Below, one piece after another: positions 39,899-49,704 of a stretch of DNA of 64,000 nt (positions are counted from its first letter, which is position 1; every line of letters starts with the position of its first letter). The stretch spans positions 1,696,001 to 1,760,000 of the forward strand of contig OY781945.1 in assembly GCA_963677435.1 (NCBI GenBank). The letters run 5' to 3'. The DNA is from an uncultured Aliarcobacter sp. (GTDB taxonomy: Bacteria; Campylobacterota; Campylobacteria; Campylobacterales; Arcobacteraceae). The translations under genes were made by a program, and so were the position numbers. Under the pieces are notes generated by a model that did no database searches, was not told where the DNA came from, and saw only the letters and a list, made by a program, of their open reading frames with translations.

Positions 39899-40353
39899 TA
39901 TTTATAAGTTGCTGGTTCACTCATTGGAACTTGCTTAAAATCTAAATCATCAATGTTTTTATTTTCTGACAATGCTGTAAATAATTCAATCCATTTTTCT
40001 TTTGTATATTTATGTATATTTCTAAGCCAAATATTGTTATTTGCTTCATATCCATTTGTTTTTGTATTTTCATAGATATTTGCAACACTTCTAAATCTAC
40101 AAGCTCCAAAACAACCAGTTCTTGATATTTTTATTCTTGTTTCACCATTTGCTAGTTCTATTTCTTTTAAAATATCTCTTAAATCAGCAGCTATATTGTC
40201 ATTTTTATGAGCACCTGCACATCTTTCATCCCCACAAATAAATATATGAGTTTTGAAGTGCATTACTGGTTTATCTGGAACTAATTTCACTGGTTTACAA
40301 GAAAATCCTGATACAACTTCCGAACCCATCATATTAAATAATCTATTTTCCAT
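39898..40353 (-). CDS. Thioredoxin-like [2Fe-2S] ferredoxin (CbiW-like)
   Basis: HIFICGDERC and TGCFGAC. Start is uncertain (40353 or 40374). Confidence 0.75.
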   Translation of the reverse strand: MENRLFNMMGSEVVSGFSCKPVKLVPDKPVMHFKTHIFICGDERCAGAHKNDNIAADLRDILKEIELANGETRIKISRTGCFGACRFRSVANIYENTKTNGYEANNNIWLRNIHKYTKEKWIELFTALSENKNIDDLDFKQVPMSEPATYK

Positions 40354-41053
40354 TATATTTATCATTCCCATCATAATCTTTGATTAGTTTAAAAATCGCA
40401 TGAAGTGTTGCAACTGCCATTGTTGAGCTTCCAAATCTTCCTTGCATTATAATTCCAGCAACATCAAAAAAATCACAAAACTTTTTCCCATAATTTTTTG
40501 ATTCAACTACATTTACAAATCCAACTGGAAATAAAAGTAGGGCAACTTTCGATAAATCAACCTTTTGTTCAAGTAAGGTATTAATTGCTGCATAAATAAA
40601 AGTAGGGGCATTTCCGCAAGCTAAAATAATTGGGGAATTTTTATGTTTTTTTATAGCTTCAACAACTGCTGCATATGATCTTGTTGTTTTGTTTTTTTCT
40701 GCCATTTCATAAGTAAATTTTTCATTTATATAACATACAACTTCTGTTTCATACTCTTTTAGATAAAAATCGCTAAGTCCCACTTTTATCATGTTTACAT
40801 CAACAATAATTTTTGCTTTGTTTTTTAGTAAATTTTGTATTTTTTCTATTGCATTTGGTGAAAAATAGATATTTTCTAAAACTTCTTCAAAACAAGTTGT
40901 TGTATGAATCAATCTTGATATAACTTCTTTTTGCTCAATTGTAAACTCATTTGATTTTGGATAATTTTTTAACTCTTCCTCAATCATTTCAAATGATCGT
41001 ATTGATATATCTGCACCTATATTTATTGGGGGCTCTTCTATTTTAAATTCCAA
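40343..41053 (-). CDS. cbiC: Cobalt-precorrin-8 methylmutase
   Basis: SFEMI, RLIHTT, GNAPT, PVGFVNVVESK and GRFGSS motifs; TTG start with AAGGA RBS. Confidence 0.9.
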   Translation of the reverse strand: MEFKIEEPPINIGADISIRSFEMIEEELKNYPKSNEFTIEQKEVISRLIHTTTCFEEVLENIYFSPNAIEKIQNLLKNKAKIIVDVNMIKVGLSDFYLKEYETEVVCYINEKFTYEMAEKNKTTRSYAAVVEAIKKHKNSPIILACGNAPTFIYAAINTLLEQKVDLSKVALLLFPVGFVNVVESKNYGKKFCDFFDVAGIIMQGRFGSSTMAVATLHAIFKLIKDYDGNDKYNGK

Positions 41054-41064
41054 AGTAATCCTTT

Positions 41065-41381
41065 AATGTATTAATATTTTTTTAAAACATCAAATATAAG
41101 TAAGTTCCATTAAACACTGCACTAAAGACTTTTATTTTCAAGATAAAATCTTATTACGATTTTAAATATAGAGAGATTTTGATTATTAAATGAATTAAAA
41201 TTCATTTTAATTCATAATAAATTTATTCAATTTCATAAAGAAATAACTTTATGAAATTCTAAATATATAATCAGACTCAAATTAAAAGCTTTTAAGCTTT
41301 TCTTGAAATGATGTATAAAGTCCATATTAGAAGTGTTTTTATTTGTTTGGAAGAAATTGCAGATATGCAAATTGCTCTCAT
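41065..41381 (-). pseudogene. cbiA: Decayed, internally deleted cbiA remnant
   Basis: Reads MRAICISAISSKQIKT, then frameshifted HHFKKSLKAF, then EFHKVIS, then GTYLYLMF*, matching both ends of the intact CbiA. The 3' boundary is approximate. Confidence 0.7.
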
Positions 41382-41403
41382 GTTACTTCTTTATAAATAA
41401 TTA

Positions 41404-41412
41404 TGTTATAAT
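41404..41412 (+). promoter_or_regulatory. Extended -10 promoter element
   Basis: TGTTATAAT, with an ATG 6 nt downstream (leaderless arrangement). Confidence 0.55.
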
Positions 41413-41418
41413 TTTTGC

Positions 41419-41577
41419 ATGAAGAATCTACGCGGGTATAATAAACGTTATTTTAAATTGTCAACAATTGCGATGTTCTCGACAATAAATAAATTAACCA
41501 AGATTGAAATTAATATGTTATACCATAGAATTGCTTATGAAAATGCAATTCAATCTCTTGATCCACCCTCAAATTAA
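41419..41577 (+). CDS. Small 52-aa ORF, candidate leader peptide of cbiMKL (not in the ORF track)
   Basis: MKNLRGYNKRYFKLSTIAMFSTINKLTKIEINMLYHRIAYENAIQSLDPPSN*. Confidence 0.5.
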   Translation: MKNLRGYNKRYFKLSTIAMFSTINKLTKIEINMLYHRIAYENAIQSLDPPSN

Positions 41578-41664
41578 TAAATAATTACTTTTTTTAACAA
41601 ATAAAATATATATTAAAAATTATATATATACCATCATTTATACTTAAATAAACAAGGATTACTT

Positions 41665-42345
41665 ATGCATATAGAAGCAGGAATTGTGCATGGCGCAAAA
41701 ATAGTTTTAGGTTATGGAACAGCTATTGTTTCATTTGGAATTGCTACTAAATTAGCAGTAGAAAGTATTAAAAATAGTGGAATATTACCTATGTTAGTAA
41801 AAACTATTATTACTACTTTGTTTGTATTTTTATTTTTTGAGGTATTTCCTCATCAAGCAGTTGGCATTTCAGAAGTTCATTTGATTTTGGGATCAACACT
41901 CTTTTTAATTTTTGGCATTGCACCAGCTACATTTGGTTTAGCTTTTGGATTATTGATTCAAGGTTTGTTTTTTGCACCACTTGATTTAGCACAATATGGG
42001 ATGAATGTAACAACACTTTTAATGCCTTTATTTGTTATGGGATATTTAGCAAAAAAAATTATTCCAACAAATATTGCATACAAAGATATTAAATATCTAG
42101 ATGCTTTAAAATTATCAGTAATTTATCAAGGTGGAATCGTTTCTTGGGTTGCTTTTTGGGCATTTTATGGACAAGGATTTAGTGTTGAAAGTTTAAGTTC
42201 AGTTTTCACATTTGGTTTAGCATATATGAGTGTTATTATCTTAGAACCATTAGTTGATTTATCAGTTTTAGTTGTAGTAAAAACTTTAAATTCTTTACAA
42301 AATAGCCCTTTTGTTGAGATTAGACTTTTTAATATAGCAAAATAA
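41665..42345 (+). CDS. cbiM: Cobalt transporter S component
   Basis: N-terminal MHI metal-binding motif, SEVHLILG, multiple TM segments. Confidence 0.85.
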   Translation: MHIEAGIVHGAKIVLGYGTAIVSFGIATKLAVESIKNSGILPMLVKTIITTLFVFLFFEVFPHQAVGISEVHLILGSTLFLIFGIAPATFGLAFGLLIQGLFFAPLDLAQYGMNVTTLLMPLFVMGYLAKKIIPTNIAYKDIKYLDALKLSVIYQGGIVSWVAFWAFYGQGFSVESLSSVFTFGLAYMSVIILEPLVDLSVLVVVKTLNSLQNSPFVEIRLFNIAK

Positions 42346-43187
42346 TGAAAAGATTTAGACATTACAACAAGAAAAGAGCTATTGTCCTTGCTTGTTTTGG
42401 TTCAGTAATAGAGCAACAAAAATATTTAGATTTAGAAGATATGATTTGTGAAAAGTTTCCCGATTGTGATATTTTCGTCTCTTTTTCTTCAAGAATGGTA
42501 ATAAAACTTTTAAAAAAGAAAAAAAATGAAGAGTATAAAAACCTTCCTCAAACCTTAGCTGATATTGATATGTTGGGATATAAGCATGTTGTAGTCTCAT
42601 CTATAAATATATTTCCAACAGATGAACATGAAGTTTTGAAGAAAATTGTTGATGGATTCAAAAATTTTTCTTTAGCAAATATTGCTTTTACAAATGCACT
42701 TTTAACAAAAGTTAAAGATACAACAGCCTTTTTAAAAGATTTAAATGAGCAAATTTCAAAAGATGATACGGCTAATCTTTTTGTAATACACGGAACTCCA
42801 AAGCTTGATACTGTTGGAATTGATTCAATAAATTATTGTGCATCATTTTTAGAGTTGATTAGTGAAAAAAACTTTTGTTGTTCCCTTGAAGGAGCATTTC
42901 CTTATTTTGAAATAAATGATGTAATAAAAACAAAAATTCAAAAAACAGGCTTAAAAAAAGTTCAAGTCGTACCCTTACTTTTAGTTAGTGGAAATCATTA
43001 TGTTAAAGATATGTTTGAAATAAAAGATGATTTATCTGAAATGTTTGAATCTTCAATAGTTTCAAGTTTAACTGCAAGTGAGCAGTTTAATTTGATTGAA
43101 TTACCAATGATTCAAAAAATTATTGAAAAAGGTATTCAAGATTCATTTAGAATACTTGGTACAAGTCATAAAGAAATTACTTATTAA
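42345..43187 (+). CDS. cbiK: Sirohydrochlorin cobaltochelatase
   Basis: AIVLACFGS, FSSRMV, IHGT and PLLLVSGNH motifs. Confidence 0.85.
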   Translation: MKRFRHYNKKRAIVLACFGSVIEQQKYLDLEDMICEKFPDCDIFVSFSSRMVIKLLKKKKNEEYKNLPQTLADIDMLGYKHVVVSSINIFPTDEHEVLKKIVDGFKNFSLANIAFTNALLTKVKDTTAFLKDLNEQISKDDTANLFVIHGTPKLDTVGIDSINYCASFLELISEKNFCCSLEGAFPYFEINDVIKTKIQKTGLKKVQVVPLLLVSGNHYVKDMFEIKDDLSEMFESSIVSSLTASEQFNLIELPMIQKIIEKGIQDSFRILGTSHKEITY

Positions 43188-43196
43188 GGAAACAAA

Positions 43197-43859
43197 ATGA
43201 AATTATATATGGTTTCTTTAGGACCGGGTGATTTTGAACTTATTACCGTAAAAGCATTAAGAGCTTTGAAAAACTCAGATGCTATTTGTGTTCCCACAAA
43301 AAGCCCTGACAACAGTTTTACTCGTTCTATGACTTACAAAATAATTCAAAAATTAATGGAAGAATTTGATTTTGTAAAACCAATTATTCCAATGTATACG
43401 CCAATGCATTTTAAAACGGAAGATTGGCAACATCAAGTAAATATTATTCATAAATCATTCGAGGAATATAATACTTTATCTTTTGTAACTTTAGGAGATA
43501 GTGCTGTTTATAGTACGGTTTATTATTTATTAGATTTAATAAAAGAACAACATAGTATTGTTTATGAAAAATCTGAAGTAATACCTGGAATAACATCTTT
43601 CTCAAATGCTTCTGCAAAAGTGAAAAAACCTTTATGTATTGGAGATGGCTCTTTTAGTATTGTTCCTTTACATAAAAAAGATGTGCCAAATACAACTGTT
43701 TATATGAGACCAAAAATTGGAATGAAAACAGATGAAATACCTCAAATAGGGCAAATGTTTACTTTTGAAAATTTAAATTTTAAAGGAGAAAATATTTTCG
43801 AACAAAGAAAAGATATAGTTGATAAATATATGACTCTATTTATAGATTTTGCTCAATAA
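43197..43859 (+). CDS. cbiL: Cobalt-factor II C20-methyltransferase
   Basis: LGPGDFELITVKA, FVTLGD and IPGITSF motifs. Confidence 0.87.
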   Translation: MKLYMVSLGPGDFELITVKALRALKNSDAICVPTKSPDNSFTRSMTYKIIQKLMEEFDFVKPIIPMYTPMHFKTEDWQHQVNIIHKSFEEYNTLSFVTLGDSAVYSTVYYLLDLIKEQHSIVYEKSEVIPGITSFSNASAKVKKPLCIGDGSFSIVPLHKKDVPNTTVYMRPKIGMKTDEIPQIGQMFTFENLNFKGENIFEQRKDIVDKYMTLFIDFAQ

Positions 43860-43922
43860 ATTTATATAAGTTAAACTTATGTAAACTAAGAATATTTTTA
43901 TTATATTAAGTTATAATTTTAT

Positions 43923-44135
43923 CTATTTAGTTGGATTTAGTTTAGCTTTTAGTTTTTTAGGCAAGTGAGCAAATACCATTGTACTATTTTTGATAAATTT
44001 TTCTTTTTCATAAATAGCAATATCAAGGCTCATGGCTTGGATTTTGAAATTCAATAGTTTTATAGTTTGGTTTCTCTCTTCAAAAAAGAGATTTTCTTTA
44101 CTTAAATCAATTGTTGTATTTTTATTTTTTGCCAA
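43923..44135 (-). CDS. Small hypothetical protein
   Basis: 70 aa; TTG start with AAGG RBS. Confidence 0.6.
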   Translation of the reverse strand: MAKNKNTTIDLSKENLFFEERNQTIKLLNFKIQAMSLDIAIYEKEKFIKNSTMVFAHLPKKLKAKLNPTK

Positions 44136-44193
44136 AACTTGCCTTTATAAATTTTTTCTAATTATAATAAATTATTCTTAATAGGATTTAATA

Positions 44194-45168
44194 ATGCAAG
44201 AAGAGTCAATTAAATCAATTCCCTCAAACAGATTGCAGTTTTTCCCAATAATGATGTTTGCAACTATTATGGGACTTGCTGGTTTAACTTTGGTTTATAA
44301 AAGAGTTAGTGAAGTTTTATATTTTCCATCTTTTGTTTCAACAGTTATGATGGTTATTACAACTATTGTATTTCTTACGGTTTTATATTTTTACATTTTA
44401 AAAATTATAAAATATAAAGATGAAGTAAAAAAAGAGTTTTCTCATCCAGTACGAATTAACTTTTTTGCAGCATCATCTATCTCAACCCTTCTTTTATCAA
44501 TGGTTTATCGACATAATATTGATGAAATATCTCAAGTGTTGTTTGTTTTAGGTGCATTTTTACATATATTTTTTACTTTTTATACTATTAAATTTTGGAT
44601 AAATAATAATCTTGAAATGCAACACTCAAATCCTGCTTGGTTTATTCCTATTGTTGGAAACTTGATAGTTCCAATAGCTGGAAAAGGTTTTGTTGATGAT
44701 TCAGTATTGTATTTTTATTTTTCAATTGGAATTTTCTTTTGGATTATTTTATTTGCAATTATTTTAAATAGAATCATTTTTCACGCGCAGTTTATGCCAA
44801 AATTTATGCCAACACTTTTTATTCTTATTGCACCTCCTGCTATTGGATTTATTTCATATATAAAACTAACTGGAAATTTAGATTTCTTTGCACAAATTTT
44901 GTTTAATTTAGGACTGTTTTTTACAATCTTAGTTTTTGTTATGTATAAAAATTTTATTAAAATAAAATTCTTTATATCTTGGTGGGCTTTTACTTTTCCA
45001 ATGGCTGCAATTACACTTGCAACTATTTTAATGTATGAATTAACTTCAAAGTTTTTTTATGGGGTTTTAGCTTATTCTTTGATGATTATAACAACTATAA
45101 TAATAATTTTAGTTGCACGACAAACAATAATTCATATGAATAAAAAAGAAATTTGTATTATGGAGTAA
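44194..45168 (+). CDS. SLAC1/TehA-family anion channel
   Basis: HPVRINFF, NPAWFIP and SWWAFTFP motifs. Confidence 0.9.
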   Translation: MQEESIKSIPSNRLQFFPIMMFATIMGLAGLTLVYKRVSEVLYFPSFVSTVMMVITTIVFLTVLYFYILKIIKYKDEVKKEFSHPVRINFFAASSISTLLLSMVYRHNIDEISQVLFVLGAFLHIFFTFYTIKFWINNNLEMQHSNPAWFIPIVGNLIVPIAGKGFVDDSVLYFYFSIGIFFWIILFAIILNRIIFHAQFMPKFMPTLFILIAPPAIGFISYIKLTGNLDFFAQILFNLGLFFTILVFVMYKNFIKIKFFISWWAFTFPMAAITLATILMYELTSKFFYGVLAYSLMIITTIIIILVARQTIIHMNKKEICIME

Positions 45169-45234
45169 TATTTAATTTGTATTTTTCTTAAAATAGTTAT
45201 AATATTTTCCTATTAAAAATATGAAGGATATATT

Positions 45235-46254
45235 ATGGATTTTAGATATATAGGAAAAAGTGGTTTAAGAGTTAGTTCAATTTGTATGGGAACTATGACT
45301 TTTGGTTCAAGTACATCAAAACAAGAAGCTTTTAAAATTTTAGATAAAGCGTATGAGAGTGGAATAAATTTTTATGATACTGCTGAGATTTATCCAGTTC
45401 CACCAAAAAAATCTTATGAAGGAACAACTGAGTTAATCGTTGGAGAGTGGTTAAAAACAAAACCAAGAGATTCAATAATCTTAGCTACAAAAGTTAGTGG
45501 TGCAGCATCTGGTTGGTTTGTTCCACCAACGCGACATGGTTTAACTGCAATTGATTCTTTTCATATAAAAAGAGCGATAGAAGGAAGTTTAAAAAGACTT
45601 GATACTGATTACATTGATCTTTATCAAATGCATTGGCCTGATACTATTGTGCCTATTGAAGAGTCTTTAAAAGCTTTTGATGAGTTAGTTCGTGAAGGAA
45701 AAGTACGATACATTGGAAGTTCAAATGACACAGCTTATGGTCTTACAAAAGCAAATGAAACTTCAAAAAATAAGAATCTAACAAGGTTTGAATCAATTCA
45801 AAATAATTTCTCACTTTTAAATCCAAGATTTTTAGATGAATTATCAACAGTTTGTAAAAAAGAGAATATTTCATTACTTCCATACTCACCAATTGGTGGA
45901 GGAGTTTTAAGTGGAAAATATAATAATGCTTTTTATCCAGATGATGCTAGATTTACAGCTTATATGAAACATGAAAATCCAAGAGTTCAAGCACAAGCGA
46001 CTAGATTTGTAAATGACAAAACAATTGCTGCAACTGCGAAATATATAGAGCTCGCTAAGCAATACGGAATCTCACCTGTAACATTAGCAGTTGCATATTC
46101 AAAACATTTTGATTTTGTTGCTTCTACGATTATTGGAGCTAGAACTCTTAATCAATTAGATGAATCATTAGCTGCATTTAAATTTAATATTGATGATGAA
46201 TTAATGAAAAAAATTGAGAATATTCAAAAAGAAATTTTATATCCTATGGGATAA
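45235..46254 (+). CDS. Aldo/keto reductase (Tas-like)
   Basis: GTMTFG, DTAEIY, IDLYQMHWP and YSPIGGG motifs. Confidence 0.9.
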   Translation: MDFRYIGKSGLRVSSICMGTMTFGSSTSKQEAFKILDKAYESGINFYDTAEIYPVPPKKSYEGTTELIVGEWLKTKPRDSIILATKVSGAASGWFVPPTRHGLTAIDSFHIKRAIEGSLKRLDTDYIDLYQMHWPDTIVPIEESLKAFDELVREGKVRYIGSSNDTAYGLTKANETSKNKNLTRFESIQNNFSLLNPRFLDELSTVCKKENISLLPYSPIGGGVLSGKYNNAFYPDDARFTAYMKHENPRVQAQATRFVNDKTIAATAKYIELAKQYGISPVTLAVAYSKHFDFVASTIIGARTLNQLDESLAAFKFNIDDELMKKIENIQKEILYPMG

Positions 46255-46337
46255 ATTTGTTATATTTTTATACAAGTTTTAATCTTTAATTTTAGAATAA
46301 AATACTAAAATAAGGCTATTTTGGAATAAGGATTAAA

Positions 46338-48881
46338 ATGAAAGACCTTACAATAGGGAAAAAATTTACATTAATAAATCTAATAGTTACTATATTGGTT
46401 TTAGTAATAGGATACTTTATATTAAACAAGTATAAAAATGATTTGACTAAAGAGGTTTATAATGAGGTAACTTTAGAGTTAAATACATTATCAAATCTTA
46501 AAATAGAAGCAAAATTGGAAGCTGGAATTTCAAATGCCATTTCTATTGCTAATGATTCTTCAATAAGAGAATCATTAGCTTCAAGCAATAGAGACTTAGC
46601 AATAAATACTTTAGTAAACTTATCAAAAAGTATGAAAGATTCTACTCCTTTTAAAAATATTCAAGTTCATCTTCATACAAAAGATAATCACTCCTTTCTG
46701 CGTTCATGGTCACCAACAAAATTTGGTGATGATTTAAGTTCTTTTAGAGCAAGTGTTGTAAAAGCAAATTCTGAAAAAATTGCTGTAAATGGTTTTGAAA
46801 TTGGAAATGCAGGACTAAGTATTAGATCGGTAGTTCCTATTTTTGATGTAAATAAAAATCATGTTGGTTCTTTAGAATTTATGCAGGGAATTAATTCTGT
46901 TGCTAGTTCATTTGATAAAGAGAATAAAGCATTTTTGTTATTAATGGATAGTTCACTAGCCACAGTTAAAATAAAAGAAGAAGATAAATTAGATAAATAT
47001 CTAATTTCTCAAAAATTTATAAATAAAGCTTTTTTAGAAGATGCTAAAAAGATTGACTTTAAAGAACTTCTAAATAATAAATATTTAATTTCAGATAAGT
47101 ATTTTTACACTTATATGGATATCTCAGACTTTGAAGGTAAAAAATTAGGAATTGCATTAATCGCAAAACCAATTGAAATTGTTCAAACAGCTATAAATCA
47201 CGCTTCATATATTATTTGGGTTGCTTTAATTATTTTATTTATTGCATTAACTATTACAATGATTATTTCATTGATAAATATGAAAAATTATATTTTAGCT
47301 CCAATATTAAATCTTAAAAACTCAATCAATTCAATTAGTTCACATAGTTTATCTCAAAGTACAAGAATAGAAGTAAAATCAAATGATGAAATAGGTGATG
47401 TTGTAAATAGTTTCAATAATTATTTAGATTCTATTGAAAAAGGATTAATTGTTGATCAGTTGGTAATAGATGAATCAAGGCAAATAATAGCAAAAGTAAA
47501 TGCGGGATTATTAAATGACAGAATTAAAGGTAAAGCTCACTCTTTAGGTGTTGATTCTTTAGTTAATGAAATTAATAATATGATTGAGAGAATGCAAAAA
47601 AACCTTACAATTTTAAGTGGAGCCTTAGTTGCATTATCAACAGCAAAATATGACTATGAAATTCCACATATTCAAGATGTAACAGGAATAATTGCTTCAT
47701 TAATTAGTGGTACAAAAGTTACTCAATCTTCAATAAACGAGATTATGTGTCTAATTGAAAAATCAAATAATGAACTATCTTCAAGTTCAAGTGAACTTAC
47801 AAATGCATCTAAAAAACTAAGTGATTCCTCTAATACACAAGCAGCATCACTAGAAGAAACAGCAGCTGCAATTGAAGAGATTTCAGCAACTGTAACAAGA
47901 AGTAGTGAAAATGCAGTCCAAATGGCTTCATATGCAAAAAATGTTACAAAATCAAGTACTGCAGGAAAAGAATTAGCTTATCAAACAGCTACATCAATGG
48001 ATGAAATAAATAATCAAGTATTAGCAATAAATGACGCAATAAGTATTATTGATCAAATTGCCTTTCAAACAAATATTCTTTCTTTAAATGCAGCTGTAGA
48101 AGCAGCAACAGCAGGAGAAGCAGGAAAAGGATTTGCAGTAGTTGCAGCAGAAGTGAGAAATCTTGCTTCAAGAAGTGCTGAAGCTGCAAATGAGATTAAA
48201 AGAATAGTTTCAAATGCAACAGTAAAAGCTAAAGAAGGAAAAGATATAACTTCAAAAATGATTGAGGGATATACTGAATTAAATGAAAATATTGTAGTTA
48301 CTATAAAACTTATTGATGATGTGACAACTGCTTCAAAAGAGCAACAAATGGCAATGGCTCAAATAAATGATACAGTTAATTCACTTGATCAAGTAACTCA
48401 AGAAAATGCAGCACTTGCTTCAACAATAAACGATATGGCTGTAAAAACATCAAATTTAGTGGATCAATTACAAAGTACAATAAACCAAACAAGTTTTGAT
48501 AGAAATGCTCATAAACGAGTTTGTGATACAAATTTAATTATTAATATTAATAGATTAAAATCTGATCATATTAGTTTTAAAAATATGAATTTTGCTTTAT
48601 GTAAAGAAGGTTCTAATTTTACAGTTAAAAATGCCCATGAATGCAACTTGGGAAAATGGATAGATGTAAATGAAAATAAAGCATTTGCAAAAACAAAAGA
48701 GTGGAATGATTTAAAAATAGCACATAAAAATGTACACGAACTTGTACAAAAAACAGTAACTCTATATGCAAATAAAGCAAACAATGAAGAAATATTCTCT
48801 ACAACAAAAATAATGGAAGAGAATATTGATATGGTTTTTGATTTATTAAATAAAATTAGAGAAATAAATTGTGCTGATTAA
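46338..48881 (+). CDS. Methyl-accepting chemotaxis protein with a Cache-type sensor, HAMP and C-terminal CZB domain
   Basis: [17 protein letters not shown] signalling tip; CZB residues DHISF, CNLGKW and HKNVH. Confidence 0.92.
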   Translation: MKDLTIGKKFTLINLIVTILVLVIGYFILNKYKNDLTKEVYNEVTLELNTLSNLKIEAKLEAGISNAISIANDSSIRESLASSNRDLAINTLVNLSKSMKDSTPFKNIQVHLHTKDNHSFLRSWSPTKFGDDLSSFRASVVKANSEKIAVNGFEIGNAGLSIRSVVPIFDVNKNHVGSLEFMQGINSVASSFDKENKAFLLLMDSSLATVKIKEEDKLDKYLISQKFINKAFLEDAKKIDFKELLNNKYLISDKYFYTYMDISDFEGKKLGIALIAKPIEIVQTAINHASYIIWVALIILFIALTITMIISLINMKNYILAPILNLKNSINSISSHSLSQSTRIEVKSNDEIGDVVNSFNNYLDSIEKGLIVDQLVIDESRQIIAKVNAGLLNDRIKGKAHSLGVDSLVNEINNMIERMQKNLTILSGALVALSTAKYDYEIPHIQDVTGIIASLISGTKVTQSSINEIMCLIEKSNNELSSSSSELTNASKKLSDSSNTQAASLEETAAAIEEISATVTRSSENAVQMASYAKNVTKSSTAGKELAYQTATSMDEINNQVLAINDAISIIDQIAFQTNILSLNAAVEAATAGEAGKGFAVVAAEVRNLASRSAEAANEIKRIVSNATVKAKEGKDITSKMIEGYTELNENIVVTIKLIDDVTTASKEQQMAMAQINDTVNSLDQVTQENAALASTINDMAVKTSNLVDQLQSTINQTSFDRNAHKRVCDTNLIININRLKSDHISFKNMNFALCKEGSNFTVKNAHECNLGKWIDVNENKAFAKTKEWNDLKIAHKNVHELVQKTVTLYANKANNEEIFSTTKIMEENIDMVFDLLNKIREINCAD

Positions 48882-48943
48882 ATTCAGTTATAAATTTTAA
48901 TCTTCTTAAGTTACAATTCTTTTTAGAAAAAAGGATTGTACTT

Positions 48944-49150
48944 TTGAATACTTACAAAGAAATATTAAACCAAGCATACAAACTAAGATTTGAATATTAT
49001 AATTTTTATGAAAATAAAGAATCCCAATGGCATGACAAATATAAAAACCACAAGTTATATGATATTGTTGTAGATAGTTTTAATTACAAATATAGTCAAA
49101 TAGGCGAAGTTATGCCAAAACTTTTGGAAAAATTAGACTTGAAGGGATAA
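48944..49150 (+). CDS. Small hypothetical protein
   Basis: 68 aa; TTG start with AAGGA RBS. Confidence 0.6.
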   Translation: MNTYKEILNQAYKLRFEYYNFYENKESQWHDKYKNHKLYDIVVDSFNYKYSQIGEVMPKLLEKLDLKG

Positions 49151-49160
49151 GTAGAAATAA

Positions 49161-49550
49161 CTACTCTCCAAAATTTGCAAAAGCACCTTCAATACTAGGA
49201 ATGTTCTTGTAATGGGTAGTTGTTAGTCTTACATTACTTGTTTTAAGATCACATATTGCAATTCTAAAACTAGCACCCATAACTGGTTCTACAACACAAA
49301 TAATTTTATTTTCAATCTGTCGTGTTGCATAAATAGTACCTTGCAGATTAGTGAAAAAATATTTTGGATAACTAAGAGGCGTTATTTCAACAACATCTAT
49401 AGACTCTTGATTTTCAAGAGTTTGTACTATATCCATAGCATCATCATAACTCTCAAATTGAATACACCAATCATCAAATCTTTTATTAAAATGTTCTAAA
49501 TCCTCATCTAGAAATCCACCTGCTAATGATTGTAAAGCAAAAATTGACAC
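49161..49550 (-). CDS. Hypothetical protein
   Basis: 129 aa; GTG start with AAGGTG RBS. Confidence 0.65.
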   Translation of the reverse strand: MSIFALQSLAGGFLDEDLEHFNKRFDDWCIQFESYDDAMDIVQTLENQESIDVVEITPLSYPKYFFTNLQGTIYATRQIENKIICVVEPVMGASFRIAICDLKTSNVRLTTTHYKNIPSIEGAFANFGE

Positions 49551-49704
49551 AAATACACCTTGTAATATACGAAATTTTGAACACTAATTTTAACATAATT
49601 AACTTTTAAATCTAAGAGTGAGGGATAAATCAATATTTTTGTTAGAATAAAATTAACAGCATATTTACACTTAAGAGTGTAAAATAAACCTAATTGTTAA
49701 ATAT

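Noticed and set aside
41308..41400. 30-aa plus-strand ORF MMYKVHIRSVFICLEE...
   Set aside because: It is antisense to the cbiA remnant and has no RBS.
41054..41664. Cobalamin riboswitch in the cbiC/cbiM intergenic region
   Set aside because: No recognisable core on either strand; the region is explained by the cbiA remnant, a promoter and a small ORF.
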